This document shows positions 12,366 to 24,958 of a stretch of 64,000 nucleotides of DNA, piece by piece. This DNA is from Oopsacas minuta (lineage: Eukaryota > Animalia > Porifera). The notes under the pieces are model-generated. The model saw only the letters and a list, made by a program, of their open reading frames with translations, had not been told where the DNA came from and made no database searches. The DNA is taken from NCBI GenBank assembly GCA_024704765.1, contig JAKMXF010000321.1, forward strand, positions 620,001 to 684,000. The letters run 5' to 3'. A program made the position numbers and the translations under genes. Position 1 is the first letter of the stretch, and each line of letters opens with the position of its first letter.

Positions 12366-13342
12366 TTTATATAACTTGTGTATTGTTCGTATGCTATTTT
12401 TACTTATTTATCTAGCTTCAACTAAATTTGGTTTTATTAGGTAGAGATTAGATTGAGATACACATTTCAGTTTCTATACATTTGTCATGCATGATACAGG
12501 TAATAGTTGATCTCTCATTTGTCTAGTGTCTACCATACTTGTCAACCTTCTCTATCTTCTCTAGCATTGCTTGACAATTACAATTGTTTAAACATACCCT
12601 TCTTACTCCGAACCTTATTACCCTGTAGGCCTGAATCCGACCAGAACCTATTAGAATTAAATTTTTACTGATTACCATATACGAGTAATGACCAACCGAT
12701 GAATCGGACCGGCACGAACGCCATGATTTAATTAACTTAAAATCAATGAGTTGTTACTCCTATTCCTTATTCCTTGATAAGTAATAGGAATAAATGCTCT
12801 ATTATCATAAGTTAATTAATCTTGACCTTCATCGTCTGGTCATTTCTGCAATTGAATGATATTTTGCAATTTATAAATTCAAATTCATTTTAGCGATTTC
12901 ATCATAACTTCACACATTTTAACAAAGTTTCCAAATTGATTGCAACACTATCCAGCTACATTAACATCATGTATGTCCATATATGGCATCCTATAAAACA
13001 ATTCGCGTATTCTCTAGTTGAATTTTTTCACTGATTAATTGCATAGCTGTTTATTCTATAATACACCTGAATTCCTTAGAAGTGCTTAATTGGCATAAAA
13101 TTCTACGATATGCAATCTATTAATAGTTGAAATTACGTAATTAGAAATATTGGAAGTGGAAACTATATATCCTAGATATCTGCAATATAGCCACTATTGA
13201 TGCTAAAATTAGAATACTGATAAAATTGCTAAATATAGAAGTTTTCCCCCTTTCGAGGATTTAGCTGTTTGCTATATAATGTAAGACTTTGTATATTTCT
13301 GTACAATTAGCCATCAAATAATAGTCAAAGCCCAACATCAAA

Positions 13343-14056
13343 ATGAGCTGGAATAGAGACTTCCTAGCCCTTGTGAAGAATGTTAGCTCCCTGTCACATG
13401 GAGAGATTGTTGTACAGCACGATAAGATGGAAGACGACATCAATACTATTTATATACTTCTAAAGCCGAAAGATGGACCCTTCAAACATGGACATTTTGA
13501 GTTCGAGATTTCAGATTATTCAAGCTATCCTGACGGATGTCCGAATGTAGAATCACAAACTAAAATCTATCATCCTAATATAGAGGATGGTGCAGTATGT
13601 TTCTCAATGTTCGATGATTGGAGTTCAAGTTATGATCTCACTGACCTTGCGATGGGTCTTCTGTTTCTTCTCAAGAATCCTGAAATATCTGACCCACTGA
13701 ATTCAGAATTTGAAGGCTGGGAAACTGAAGACACTTTTAGGGAAAATGTAAGGAAATCCCTGAAGGGACAATACGGAGAGTATCCTAAAAACTGGCACTG
13801 CCTCGAGGGAGAAGATATAGATTCCGGAGATGAATCGAGTGATAATGAACACAATGACACAGCTGATAAAGACCCCCCCTCTCCCGACCCTCCACAACCA
13901 GATAAGACTCCTGTTACCATAGAAACCACTATCGCTGATCCAATACCAACACCTGAATCTATACAACAGCCTTACAGCAAACTAACTATTAATACAACAT
14001 TCGCCATTGGAGCAGCGCTAATATTCACTATTGTTATATATAAAATGGTAAAATAG
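13343..14056 (+). CDS. Ubiquitin/UBL-conjugating E2 enzyme (Ubc12-like core) with acidic/Pro-rich linker and C-terminal TM anchor
   Basis: TKIYHPNIEDGAVC active site, GLLFLLKNPEISDPLN, and terminal hydrophobic helix FAIGAALIFTIVIY followed by KMVK. Confidence 0.85.
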   Translation: MSWNRDFLALVKNVSSLSHGEIVVQHDKMEDDINTIYILLKPKDGPFKHGHFEFEISDYSSYPDGCPNVESQTKIYHPNIEDGAVCFSMFDDWSSSYDLTDLAMGLLFLLKNPEISDPLNSEFEGWETEDTFRENVRKSLKGQYGEYPKNWHCLEGEDIDSGDESSDNEHNDTADKDPPSPDPPQPDKTPVTIETTIADPIPTPESIQQPYSKLTINTTFAIGAALIFTIVIYKMVK

Positions 14057-14802
14057 TACTAAATTTCTAATTCCTTTTTAGATGTTTATTTTTCAAATTA
14101 ACTTGAATTTCACTGAGCAATTCTACCAGATAACATGCTTTACTATTGTTACTTGTGGTTTAGCAAAATTTAATCAATTCATATTTCTACGTCATAGTTT
14201 CAATTTCCTTTGAGTATAAGGTGGTTTGGGTATGCAAGTAGGAATAATTATTCGTATTTCTTTCAAACATATTAATTGGAGGCACTACGTGTATTTGGAT
14301 TATAAATTGGCACAGTGTGTTAGATAAGAAATCGTGATCCTCAGTGCGCATCACACGGTAATTGTCTATGCATCCTGAACATTTCAGCCCTTAATCATAA
14401 TCAATAATAGTTTTGACAATGCACTGTCTACGGTTATAGAAAATATAATAATAAATGCAGTGATTTCAATACTGACACACTTCACTATATAATCGGGAAT
14501 TCCGTTTCCATTAACTTTGATACAATATCTAACAGGATAAGATCTATCTAGACGAATTCAGTATTCAGTATTCGGTTTGTAATCAAAACAAATATAATCA
14601 GTATTCGTTTGGGTTAACCGAATATTTCAGTATTCGCATCGTTATTCAGTAAGCCTGATTAATGAATACTGATTTTCGATTCGAGCTGTTTGCCTTGTAA
14701 TAAATACGAATCCATCTGATTGCATGTTCGGTACACACATCGCTATATTAATTGGGGAATATTCTCAAATACACACAGTTGCACAGCAAGATTTCACTTA
14801 GA

Positions 14803-16029
14803 ATGACAGAGTTATCTAACACAAGTCCGCATCACACACACATCAATGATTCTGTCATCAAATTTAACATAAATCCGACTAAACTAATCGTAATACACAG
14901 TCCATGTATTGTAAGGAATATAAGCAATTATCTGAGTAGCCTGGGAGGAAAGGAAGAGAGAAATGAAATATTCTCTAACAAGGAAGACAGACTTCCTTTC
15001 CGATTCCGTCCAGCTGAATCATACTCTAAGCCTGCATTCGCTGATCCCACACGTCCATCTTCAATGCTAATTAAAGTTAAGATCCCTAAAATACGAACTA
15101 GTCAATATCAAGATAACTGTGTAATTGAGTGTATGGGAATAGTACAAACTTTATACAAGTTTAAACGTCCATTTGACTTCCAATTCCTTTCACCTGCATT
15201 ACATCCTTTGCCATCCAAATACTCGTTAGATGATTACAATCCGTACAACACAGTCGTAGATAGTTCACAGTTGAAAAAAGATATTCCATTATTCGTTCTT
15301 CCCTCTTCTAATCCTAGACTGGACTGGACTTATCTCTCATTCAAGCCTACAGACAAAGAGTTAACTGGCAGAGCTAGAACATTTGGCATAGTACACGGCA
15401 TAAAGTTTGAAGAACCGAGTGTACCTACTGTACCAAGAAAACAAGTCAAACAGAAGGAGTATTTGTTGCCATTATTGGAGAAATTATTCGAAGAGAGGCC
15501 AATTTGGAGTCGAGTAGCGTTGCATTGTAAGACAGGAGCTGATTCCGGGAGTCTAAGGTCCGCACTGTCTAGTATAGCTTACCATTTCTCCAGCGGTCCA
15601 TGGAAATATTGTTGGATTAAATTTGGTATTGACCCTCGTGTGCTACCCAAATATAAATGGTTTCAGATAGTAGAGTGTAAGATAACACGTTTGAAACATG
15701 CTAGATCAAAGGTACTACAAGCTAGTGACCATAGCTTTACTACTTCTCTTATTGAGGAGACTGTAAGTAGAGATATGTCAAGTAGTCGTGTAGTAAGAGA
15801 ACATGTGAATAATCCGATATCATATTTACTTACACAGGATACAACTGCTCAAACAGCTAGGCTATCTTACCAGATTATTGATATAGAACTTGATTCTGTG
15901 AGAGAGCTAGTACATATTAATGATGGTAAGGAGACTGTATGTACTAAAGAGACGGGATGGTTCCCTACGGAAGTTCAGGATAAGATTAGAAGTATAATTA
16001 AATATAAATTGGATTATGATTCGGACTAG
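14803..16029 (+). CDS. GTF3C5: General transcription factor IIIC subunit 5 (Tau95/Sfc1)
   Basis: LPFRFRP..YSKPAF, GIVQTLYKFKRPFDFQF, FEERPIWSR and YHFSSGPW..CWIKFGIDPR. First ATG at 14803; the ORF is open from 14752. Confidence 0.85.
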   Translation: MTELSNTSPHHTHINDSVIKFNINPTKLIVIHSPCIVRNISNYLSSLGGKEERNEIFSNKEDRLPFRFRPAESYSKPAFADPTRPSSMLIKVKIPKIRTSQYQDNCVIECMGIVQTLYKFKRPFDFQFLSPALHPLPSKYSLDDYNPYNTVVDSSQLKKDIPLFVLPSSNPRLDWTYLSFKPTDKELTGRARTFGIVHGIKFEEPSVPTVPRKQVKQKEYLLPLLEKLFEERPIWSRVALHCKTGADSGSLRSALSSIAYHFSSGPWKYCWIKFGIDPRVLPKYKWFQIVECKITRLKHARSKVLQASDHSFTTSLIEETVSRDMSSSRVVREHVNNPISYLLTQDTTAQTARLSYQIIDIELDSVRELVHINDGKETVCTKETGWFPTEVQDKIRSIIKYKLDYDSD

Positions 16030-16430
16030 TTTTTATGAATATTTGTTTTAACTAATATACTCACAGTCGTCCCACAACATTCTGCTAATCCATGGTAAAT
16101 CTCGGACAAAATATCATAATTATTATGAAAATGCACCAAAAAATTTATACTAATTTGCCTCCTATACACAATTTGATTAATATTCGTTCTACAACATACT
16201 TGTAGATGTTCTTTGAATTCCATCATTTTGAGAGAGGATTATCACTCCTGAAGAGGAGACATTATTATCTTGTCATTAAGCTTACTGCTTCATTTACAAT
16301 CCTATTTACATCAAGTCTTTACTTGGCTAACAGGATACACACTGATTATGGTAATTACATGATTAGTGTGAAGTTATGCTATGTCAACTTGAGGGTTGCT
16401 TCATTTCTACTATAAACTCAACGTTAAATA

Positions 16431-16598
16431 CATTCAACTCCTGTTTCATCGAAGCTCAAGGGATAATAATAATAATTACTTCGATATAACCGAAGAAATA
16501 TATGTTACTTTGAAGGTTGTACCATATTTGTACAATTTCAAACATCAATATAAGCGGGTATTTGATATATCCGTGTTCGATATAACTGGAGTTGATTG
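16431..16598. mobile_element. Tc1/pogo-type MITE
   Basis: TACATTCAACTCCTGTTTCATCGAAGCTCAAGG ... GTGTTCGATATAACTGGAGTTGATTG. Confidence 0.55.
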
Positions 16599-17352
16599 TG
16601 ATTGTATGTATCATTCTGGCAACTGCTCATTAACTATTATCCTTTAGAATTTAGATTCAAAGTAAAGCAAAGATATCCTAAAATAATAGAATGTAAGTTT
16701 ATTCATTTTTGTAGCTTTTTCTGAGCCTTTTTAATTATTTATATTATTTATAGTTTACTATGATTATTATGAAGGTCAAGGTTACCCGATGCGAGATCTA
16801 GATAATCTCAGATTGAAATATGAACAATATCATAAATGAATAATTCTCTTTACACTTCTTTTCAGTGTATTAAATGCTTTTGATTGATATCTTTTGTTAC
16901 TTGCATTGATTTACAGTCTGAGGTTTGTTTGTACTTAGAGCGTTGTTCGTATATTATAACTTTTTTCATGGGAATAGAATGCATTTTGTATGGTAAATAG
17001 CAAAGAAAATTCTTTCGAAATACGATTTGCTAATAGGGAAACACTGTAGATTATTTATAAACATGTGTTTCAGCTTGGCTAGGATAAGTTCAATTATGGA
17101 TTAAAGCGTTTATAATGTACGTACTTTTTATATTGTGAAATACATTTGGCACGAAAATTTGTTAACATGTCCTGTTTTCACTGTAAATGCCATCAACCAC
17201 TCTCAATACACCTAGATGTTAATATTAATAGAATCAATCAAGGTAGTAGAATGTGCCCTATTTCCGCTTATTCTAATTTGTGAGCTCTTATTCACATAAA
17301 ATGTTCAGATAAAAATATTTCCATATTGATATATTAGCATTTATTTACTCAA

Positions 17353-20300
17353 ATGGAATCAGAATTAGAAGCAGCAGAACGAGTAGAATCTAATGAATTA
17401 GATGAACTTCTGACTTCTTGTATGGATCTATTAGATTTAAACATAACAGATCAGTTGACAGCTAGGAAATACCAGCAAGAATTAATTGAACAATGTTTCA
17501 AACAAAATAGCATAATATTCCTCGGTACAGGCACAGGCAAGACCTATATTGCCGTAGAAGTCATCAAGAGATTCAAGTCTCAAATATTAGGAAATTTCTA
17601 TGATCCAGATAGCAAAGAACGAACCGAGATCAAACGAACTTTTTTTCTGGTGAATATGGTTCCTCTTGCTATCCAACAAGCTGCATATATAAAAACACAC
17701 TTAGGTAGTAAATTTCGCGTTAAGAGAGTTATAGGAGCTGATATGGATGAATCATGGGATGCAAATCATTGGCAATGCGAATTCCAACAAAATCACGTTT
17801 TTGTATTAACTGGGGAGATATTACGTAAATTACTAGTTAGCGTTACTATTAAAATGCGAGATATAAATCTATTGATATTTGATGAAGCTCATCATGTTTC
17901 AAAAGATGACATTTACAAACAAATAATGGAAATATACCACAAAGAACGGAGAGAAGACAGTCACGTACAGACTAGAATAATCGGCTTAACCGCTTCACTA
18001 CTAAATGAGAAGAATATGGAACGTAAACTTGATGACAAACTTGAAAAACTAGCTAGCATATACAACAGCACGATAATCACAGCTAAGAATTTCGTAGAGG
18101 TTGATGAGCATTGCGCTAGACCTGATTTCTCCACTATACCATACGTACCACTTACACTAGACCAGAGACATTCGAAATTAAAATGTAGGCTAGAAAATTT
18201 CTCCAATTTTATTGAAGCATGTGGTGGTGATAAATGGAAAGCTATCACTAACACTAGTAGTGCTGCTTCCAAGATAGCAACCATACTTGGTACTAACCAT
18301 ATATTCCAGAAAGAACAAAACTTTGAAATCAAAACATTACAATGTGTCAAAAAACTAGGCAATAAATTACAAGTTGTTGTCGAACAGCTTGGACCAAGAA
18401 TAGCATTTTCATTTGCAGAAAATCTCCGAAACAAATTGTTAAAATATATCTTAACAATAGAAGTTGATCACATACAATCAGCTGTTAGCTGCCTGCTATC
18501 TATCATATCTAGCTATCTAAACAGTTGGGAAGGATCTGGACCTAAATTAAGTGACGTATCAGATAAAGTTACTGTGTTTTGTCATGAATTGAAGTATACA
18601 AGTCAAACGGAGAAATTTTGCGGAATAGCATTCATAAAAGATAGAGTTATAGCATACATGCTGAATCTCTACCTTAACCAATTAACTGCAAATGAGAAAG
18701 AGCTGTCACACATCAGAAGTAGTCACTGTACTGGACAATCTCCTAGTGCTCTATTCCCTGAAGTTTTCTTCGATAGTAACAGTCAAATATCTTTATTAGA
18801 AAAATTCAGAAAAGGTGAATTAAATTTCTTACTGGCTACAGAGGTATTGTTAGAAGGATTCAATATGCCACAGTGTAATTTGGTAATGACATTTGATAGA
18901 ATAGATCATTTCAGATATTTCACTCAATCTAGAGGGCGTGCCAGGGCTAAAGGGGGACTATACAAGTATCTTGTTCCTGCAGATGATGTGGTGGTTTGCC
19001 ATAAAGAGTTGGAAAAATATGACCAGTTTGAATTATCCCTACGCTCCTTCGTTCTAGAAAACTTTGTATATACAGAGAAAGAGTATATAGAACCTAAGAA
19101 TATCCCCAGTCCATTGACAACTAATAAAGGAGCTTCTATTACATATGAACAGGCAGTTTCTTATGTATACCAGTATTGTCAAAACTTGGTCGATGGTGTT
19201 AACCTGGACCAGTTTACTGTTTGGGCCCCCGTGTTCAGGATATACCGACGTGAGGAGATCGGGGATAATGACAAGTTCTTCTGTGTTATTTCAATGCCTA
19301 AATGTTGTTACGCACTTACTGAGACAGTTACAAGCGAGTTTTGGGTCGATAGCAAACGAGCAGCTCAGAGACACGCTGCACTTAATGTATGTAAGAAACT
19401 TTATGAATTGAATGAAATTGATGAGTTACTACAGCCTAAATATAGATTAATTAAACTATTCAAACAGAAAAAGAAGGGAGCATCAGCTCAACGAATGGAC
19501 TATCGTGGTAGGAAGACATACGATATTATTATACCTAATTCACTACAAAAACGCTGTGACAAAAATTCACCGGATAAAACAACTCGCTACTACCTATACC
19601 CTATCCGCATAACAAGAACACTTTACACTAATACATATACAATGGGTATTCTATCAACAAATCTTTGGAAAGTTCTCCCTCCTTCATTCATGTTGAAAGT
19701 TGGTTTATATGATGTTGAGGTTGAACTGATAGAACATATAGAGATTGATCTTACATCAGAAAAACTAGCACTATTATTGAATTGCTATGAAATATTAATC
19801 AAATCAATATTCCCTCTCCCATCTAAACATCTTGAATTTTCCTCAAAAACTGATTGTATTAAGGAATATATTATTGTTCCTATCAATGGTTTTGCAGATT
19901 ACTCAATTGACTATGAAAGAGTCAAAACTATCCTCCAAACAATTCCAAACGAAAAACCAAATCCAATAAATCCACAATTGGAGCCGAGGGAGTATGAAGG
20001 AATGTTTATTAAAAAGAATTATTGTTCTAAATTTGATTCTGACCAATATAAAGTTGTGCGGGCAGGTAAAAGTGTTACTATCGACTCTGAGTTTACAGAC
20101 GAAGACAAAGCAGAATCTTATCGAGGGTATTTCAAGGATAAATACGGAGTTGAAATGACTGTAAAAGATCAACCTTTCTTAGAAGTAGTGCCGTATAAAT
20201 TTGTATTACCAAGTTACACACGTAAATCAGGAACTATAGATATTGATAATGTTAAAACGAAGAGACGAAATACAATTATTCTATTCCCAGAGATAGTAGA

Positions 20301-20864
20301 TGAGTTGTTACTCTATAGGAATGTCACCCCAGACCTATTACTGCTACCTTCTATTCTACACAAGATTGAATCATTTTTGTTAGTTATTGAATTCAGGGAA
20401 AAATTGTATCCGGATATTGATGCTCATTTCCTAGATTTAAATCATCTCTACAGTGCTTTAACCCTCAGGAGATGTCAGGAAGAATTAGACTTAGAAAGAT
20501 TAGAATTCCTGGGTGATACTTGTCTCAAATTCTTAACCTGTCTATCTCTATTTTGCTGTAGTATAACTGCAAGTCAAGCTTTACTCACTCTAAGGAAATC
20601 TATATGTGTAAGTAACAAGCAATTGGTAGAGATAGCTGTTAAGAAAGATATGAATCTACCTGCTTATATGCGAGGACGTGAATTTGTAGCTAAGTGTAAT
20701 TGGCTGCCTCCGCGTGTAGTTCCGACACAGGAAATTATGAATAGAGAAATAGTTGATAGCGATAATACACTAATATCGGATAAAATGGAGATCGCTAGCA
20801 GTAATGCTGACTCTGTTAAGGCCAGTGAGGAGATAACGGATATGGAAATTGAAAGTGTTCAAGC

Positions 20865-20896
<32 letters not shown>

Positions 20897-22026
20897 CTAC
20901 TACTACTACTACTACTACTACTACAACAGATCAACAAGCTATGGATACCACCAGCAAGCAGGTTGATACCAATACCATAGATAAATCTAATACAGATGAC
21001 GTCACTAAAGTCTTTCCACCAGATTCTTCCTATTTGAGACAATCTCTTGCTAATAAGTCAATAGCAGATTCATTTGAGTCTATAATAGGATCAATATTAA
21101 TAAGCGGTGGGATACCAGTTGCAATGAACTTCCTATACAAATACGGTAAGAATGAATTATTTCTTACTATTGAAGGAACCCCATTGGATTTGAATGTTCC
21201 TGTCGGGATACCTGCTAAACCCTCTGATTTTCAAGATCCATTCCATCTATTCTTACAACATGGTGATTGGCTGAGAAAAATATTCTCTTACACTACGCCT
21301 ATAGTTGAATGGAATGCATCTCATAAATCCTTCTACGAGAAAAATCATCAGAAAGATATAAGACTATTAGCAAGAGAGAAATTGAAAATGCGAGAGTCTT
21401 TAACACAAGGACATGAAGCTATCCTATTAGAAGCATTAACTCATGATTCTTATAACTTGGGTACTGTATCACTAACAAGGAGTTATCAGAGACTGGAGTT
21501 CTTAGGAGATGCTGTACTGGATTACCTTGTCACTACATACTTAATGTGCTATGCTCCTAAATCCTACCAACCTAAAGATTTACATATTATGAGAGCGTGT
21601 GTTGTATCTAATAGGAATTTTGCTAGATTGGCTGTAGACAGTGATATAGCTTCAGATTTGATATTTTCAAATCAACACTTAGGGAAGGAAATTGCGGATT
21701 TTACAGATTACATTTTATGTGATTCTAGCAACCAAGTGAAATTCTACAGACAAGAATTAGCATACTTATTAGAACAAAAGAGAGTGAAATCAAAATTCAA
21801 ACTTAAAGATAAACCAATCAGTAAGCTAGCAAAAGCTCCAAAAGCTCTAGGAGATATTTTTGAGTCTACAGCCTGTGCTGTATTCCTAATCTCAGACTTT
21901 AACCTTGTAACTGTATGGGAGTGTTTGGGTGGTTCGCTACGTGATAGCATTGAACAATTCTTAGAGGCTTATAAGTCTACAAAAGTTATGGTTTCGAAGA
22001 ATAAAATTCCTGAGGCAAATTCCTGA
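17353..22026 (+). CDS. Dicer-family endoribonuclease, intronless, 1557 aa: DExD/H helicase, helicase-C, DUF283, PAZ, RNase IIIa, RNase IIIb; no C-terminal dsRBD
   Basis: GTGTGKT, DEAH, QSRGRARA; DUF283 (SKRAAQRHAALNVCKKL); PAZ (YFKDKYG..DQPFLEV..LFPEI); ERLEFLGDT + IADSFES; QRLEFLGDAVLDY + KALGDIFES. Orthology (Dicer1 vs a lineage-specific paralog) not determined. Confidence 0.95.
20866..20928 (+). repeat. Coding trinucleotide repeat (ACA)10(ACT)9(ACA)2 = 21 Thr in the RNase IIIa insert
   Basis: Read directly. Confidence 0.95.
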
Positions 22027-22497
22027 GGCAAATGCCTATCAAATATAGGTCATACTTAGTTGTTGTGTTTTGTTGTTGTGATGAAAAATTAACTAATTAT
22101 TCTATAATTAAATAAGTATATGAATACTAGCAGTAATGTAAATGGGAGTTAATAACCGTCATTATGATCAATTGCTCCTTAAAGATCAAAAGGAATCGTG
22201 ACGCCCAATTTCCACATTTTTTACACTTTTTATTCAAGAATAAAGATTTGTGTATTTGCATTTATTCAATTAAACTATTTGCCTTACTGTATTGTGAAGT
22301 TTTATCCATTGACTTACAAATTTAAATACAGGTCATTATCACATGGTAGCCTTTATCCGCCACAAATCAATTACTTTTCTACTAATCACACACTTTTATT
22401 GATAATAACAAATATAGCATACACAACTAAAAAGAGCAACAATAATATACAACACCTCATCAAGGGTAACACAAGAGGGTATATTTACATATGTATA

Positions 22498-22989
22498 TTA
22501 TTCAAGAATATAGTCATACATCAAATAGCCATTATCTTCACTACTGTAAGTCTGGTCCTTATGGTTACCTTGACATATGCTAACTGTATCAGGTGGCATC
22601 ATTTCATCATCCCAGTACTTATCTGCATCCAATAGTTGAATCCTGAATTCTAGCCAATCTTCCTTGCCGAATTCCAGCCATTCATTCCAGTCAGGATTCA
22701 GAGTTTCGTTTATGGTTATAGTTTTGCGAGTATTTTTATGTAACCGTGTATCGTATGCATCTACTACCACATATGGATCTGGTAAGTTAAACGGTCCGTC
22801 AGTGTCCCTTAATTCTCTCGCATACTTCACATAGATCTTTAACTTTCCGTTTACTGGCGAGAATGTTTGTCCATCTTTGGTAGAGTTTTGAGGTATTTTA
22901 ATTCCTTCTGTTTCATCTTTCCCAATTGCAGCAGTAGTAACACTGATACCAACTATCATCATAGTTAGTATTAATACTTTTGCGATCAT
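22498..22989 (-). CDS. Secreted stand-alone C2-domain protein, type A (perforin-C2-like)
   Basis: Signal peptide MIAKVLILTMMIVGISVTTAA; C2 motifs DTDG..PDPYV, ETLNPDWNE and LDADKYWDD. Confidence 0.85.
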   Translation of the reverse strand: MIAKVLILTMMIVGISVTTAAIGKDETEGIKIPQNSTKDGQTFSPVNGKLKIYVKYARELRDTDGPFNLPDPYVVVDAYDTRLHKNTRKTITINETLNPDWNEWLEFGKEDWLEFRIQLLDADKYWDDEMMPPDTVSICQGNHKDQTYSSEDNGYLMYDYILE

Positions 22990-23907
22990 AGTTACCTTGA
23001 GTCTGAGTTTGGTATTATTCCGTGTATAATATATAAATTGAAACATTCTTATATACTTGAACAGACAATTTACAAAAATTCCGCTTTTCCCGTCATATCA
23101 CAAAACTATTTTAGATGATTAAATATCTTTTATGAAAATATATCTAAGTAATTCTATTACAATCATAGAATAAGCAGAGTGATGACCCTGTGTGTAGTGC
23201 GTGTCATTACAGTTAGAAATATTTTCTAATTTCTTAGACAGAATAATATTATCAGAAAATGGTACATATTTCTAGAATTCTACATCCGTATTGTACGATC
23301 TTTGATGGACGAACTTTTCTGGCTCATACAGTAGGACTCGGTAAGAAGTACTTTGTATTTCTTATATCATTATAATGCAATACCTAGGCGGTTAAAACGT
23401 TACTAATTTGTGTTTCCCAAAAGAGGTACTTAAATCCGAGTACTAATGCGTTTTATTGGTAAACTTGATCAATCGAAAACTGCTTGTTACAGCTTGTATC
23501 TATTTATATTACCTAAGTTGAGAGCTCTAATTGGTTTTTAGCGGTTCGAATTACGCTTTTACTTTAATAATTTGGTTAAAATTCAAAACACTGCAAAGCT
23601 AAACTGTTAATTGCTTGGAAATTATAGCTCTTATCAGCATTTTGCCATCCCAATAAGAATACCGCGTTTTTCTCTTCAGTTTCGAACTCCTATATATTTG
23701 ATTTTGCAACTTTCAATAATTCGAATAATCATTAATTCGAACAATTTATTTCTCGTGACACCAAAGTAACAGTCATCGGCTGTCACACAATAACAGCTAG
23801 CATAGGGTCGTAGGAACTTGCGCGGCAGATGTGGCCTTCGCCGCTCGGGGCCCGCGCCAATATTTTTTCTATACTACTCCATAATTACCTTACTGATGTT
23901 TGTAGTA

Positions 23908-23994
23908 CAGTCAACACTCGTCATTTCGAACACGAATATATCGAAGAATTTTGTAGAGGTACCTTAAACTTCGATATAACGGGAGATGACTTTG
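23908..23994. mobile_element. Short Tc1/pogo-type MITE
   Basis: TA-CAGTCAACACTCGTCATTTCGAA ... TTCGATATAACGGGAGATGACTTTG-TA. Confidence 0.55.
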
Positions 23995-24355
23995 TACATT
24001 ATCTCAGGTTTAGAATTATAGTTAATAATGGGGACTAGGCCCAACCAGGTTCCTGAACAACTACTATTGGCTAGCTGTTAGGAAATAATCTTTAAGATCA
24101 TTGAAATATTAAAAATATGTGAACATACATGACCAAACCTACTACGAGGAAATTACATTCAAATATTGTAAGTTTTGAGAAATGAGAAATATTTCTGACT
24201 GTAATGACACGCACTACACACAGGGTCATCACTCTGCTTATTCTATGATTGTAATAGAATTACTTAGATATATTTTCATAAAAGATATTTAATCATCTAA
24301 AATAGTTTTGTGATATGACGGGAAAAGCGGAATTTTTGTAAATTGTCTGTTCAAG

Positions 24356-24363
24356 TATATAAG
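24356..24363 (+). promoter_or_regulatory. Putative TATA box (TATATAAG) of the C2 genes, conserved upstream of all four copies
   Basis: TTCAAGTATATAAGAATG lies ~60 nt before the ATG and is retained in both diverged promoter types. Confidence 0.45.
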
Positions 24364-24421
24364 AATGTTTCAATTTATATATTATACACGGAATAATACC
24401 AAACTCAGACTCAAGGTAACT

Positions 24422-24958
24422 ATGATCGCAAAAATATTAATACTAACTATGATGATAGTTGGTATCAGTGTTACTACTGCTGCAACTTTAACTGTGGAAA
24501 GAGAAGTTTCCAGATCTCACGAACAAGAAAGTGTACAGAAAAGAGAGACTCAAGGAAGTGGATCTAACTCGAGCACGAATGGACTTCAAGGCCCAATAGA
24601 ATATGGTTACTTAATAATCTATATAAAGTATGCTGTCGGTTTGTCGGATACTGACGGGGTGGGAAACTTACCAGATCCATATGTAGTATTAAATGCATAC
24701 GATAGGTGGGGTAATCTATACATAGGGCAAACTAGTTACGTACAGGGTACTGTGAATCCAGCTTGGTATGAAGTGTTCTATTTTGGTACAAACTATTGGA
24801 GCGAAGTCAGAATTCAAGTGTTTGATGAGGATTTCCTTTACTGGGATGACGTAATGACTCCAGTAGGTTATTTAAGTCTTACGCCAGGTTACCATTATAA
24901 TTATGTTTTCCTGACTAACGGCTATGGTTATGTAGTGTTTGACTATTATCTTATTTAA
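24422..24958 (+). CDS. Secreted stand-alone C2-domain protein, type B (pro-region with KR site)
   Basis: Same signal peptide; VQKR dibasic site; DTDG..PDPYV, GTVNPAWYE and FDEDFLYWDD. Confidence 0.85.
   Translation: MIAKILILTMMIVGISVTTAATLTVEREVSRSHEQESVQKRETQGSGSNSSTNGLQGPIEYGYLIIYIKYAVGLSDTDGVGNLPDPYVVLNAYDRWGNLYIGQTSYVQGTVNPAWYEVFYFGTNYWSEVRIQVFDEDFLYWDDVMTPVGYLSLTPGYHYNYVFLTNGYGYVVFDYYLI

Larger units (their letters stand above)
22926..24485. repeat. 299-bp inverted repeat (22926-23224 / 24187-24485) covering promoter type 1, 5'UTR and signal peptide; ~960-bp spacer
   Basis: Coordinate sum 47411; 2 mismatches seen by eye. Confidence 0.92.

Noticed and set aside
14540-14690. Degenerate TATTCAG/TATTCG repeats upstream of GTF3C5
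   Set aside because: Irregular spacing and no unique spacers; not a CRISPR array or definable satellite.
22004-22033. 13-bp tandem duplication creating the Dicer stop codon, considered as the cause of dsRBD loss
   Set aside because: Removing one unit extends the ORF by only ~3 codons (ANAYQI*), so it does not explain the missing domain.
22198-22635. 145-aa plus-strand ORF and its mirror at 28670-28906
   Set aside because: Antisense shadows of the C2 type A 3' end and UTR.
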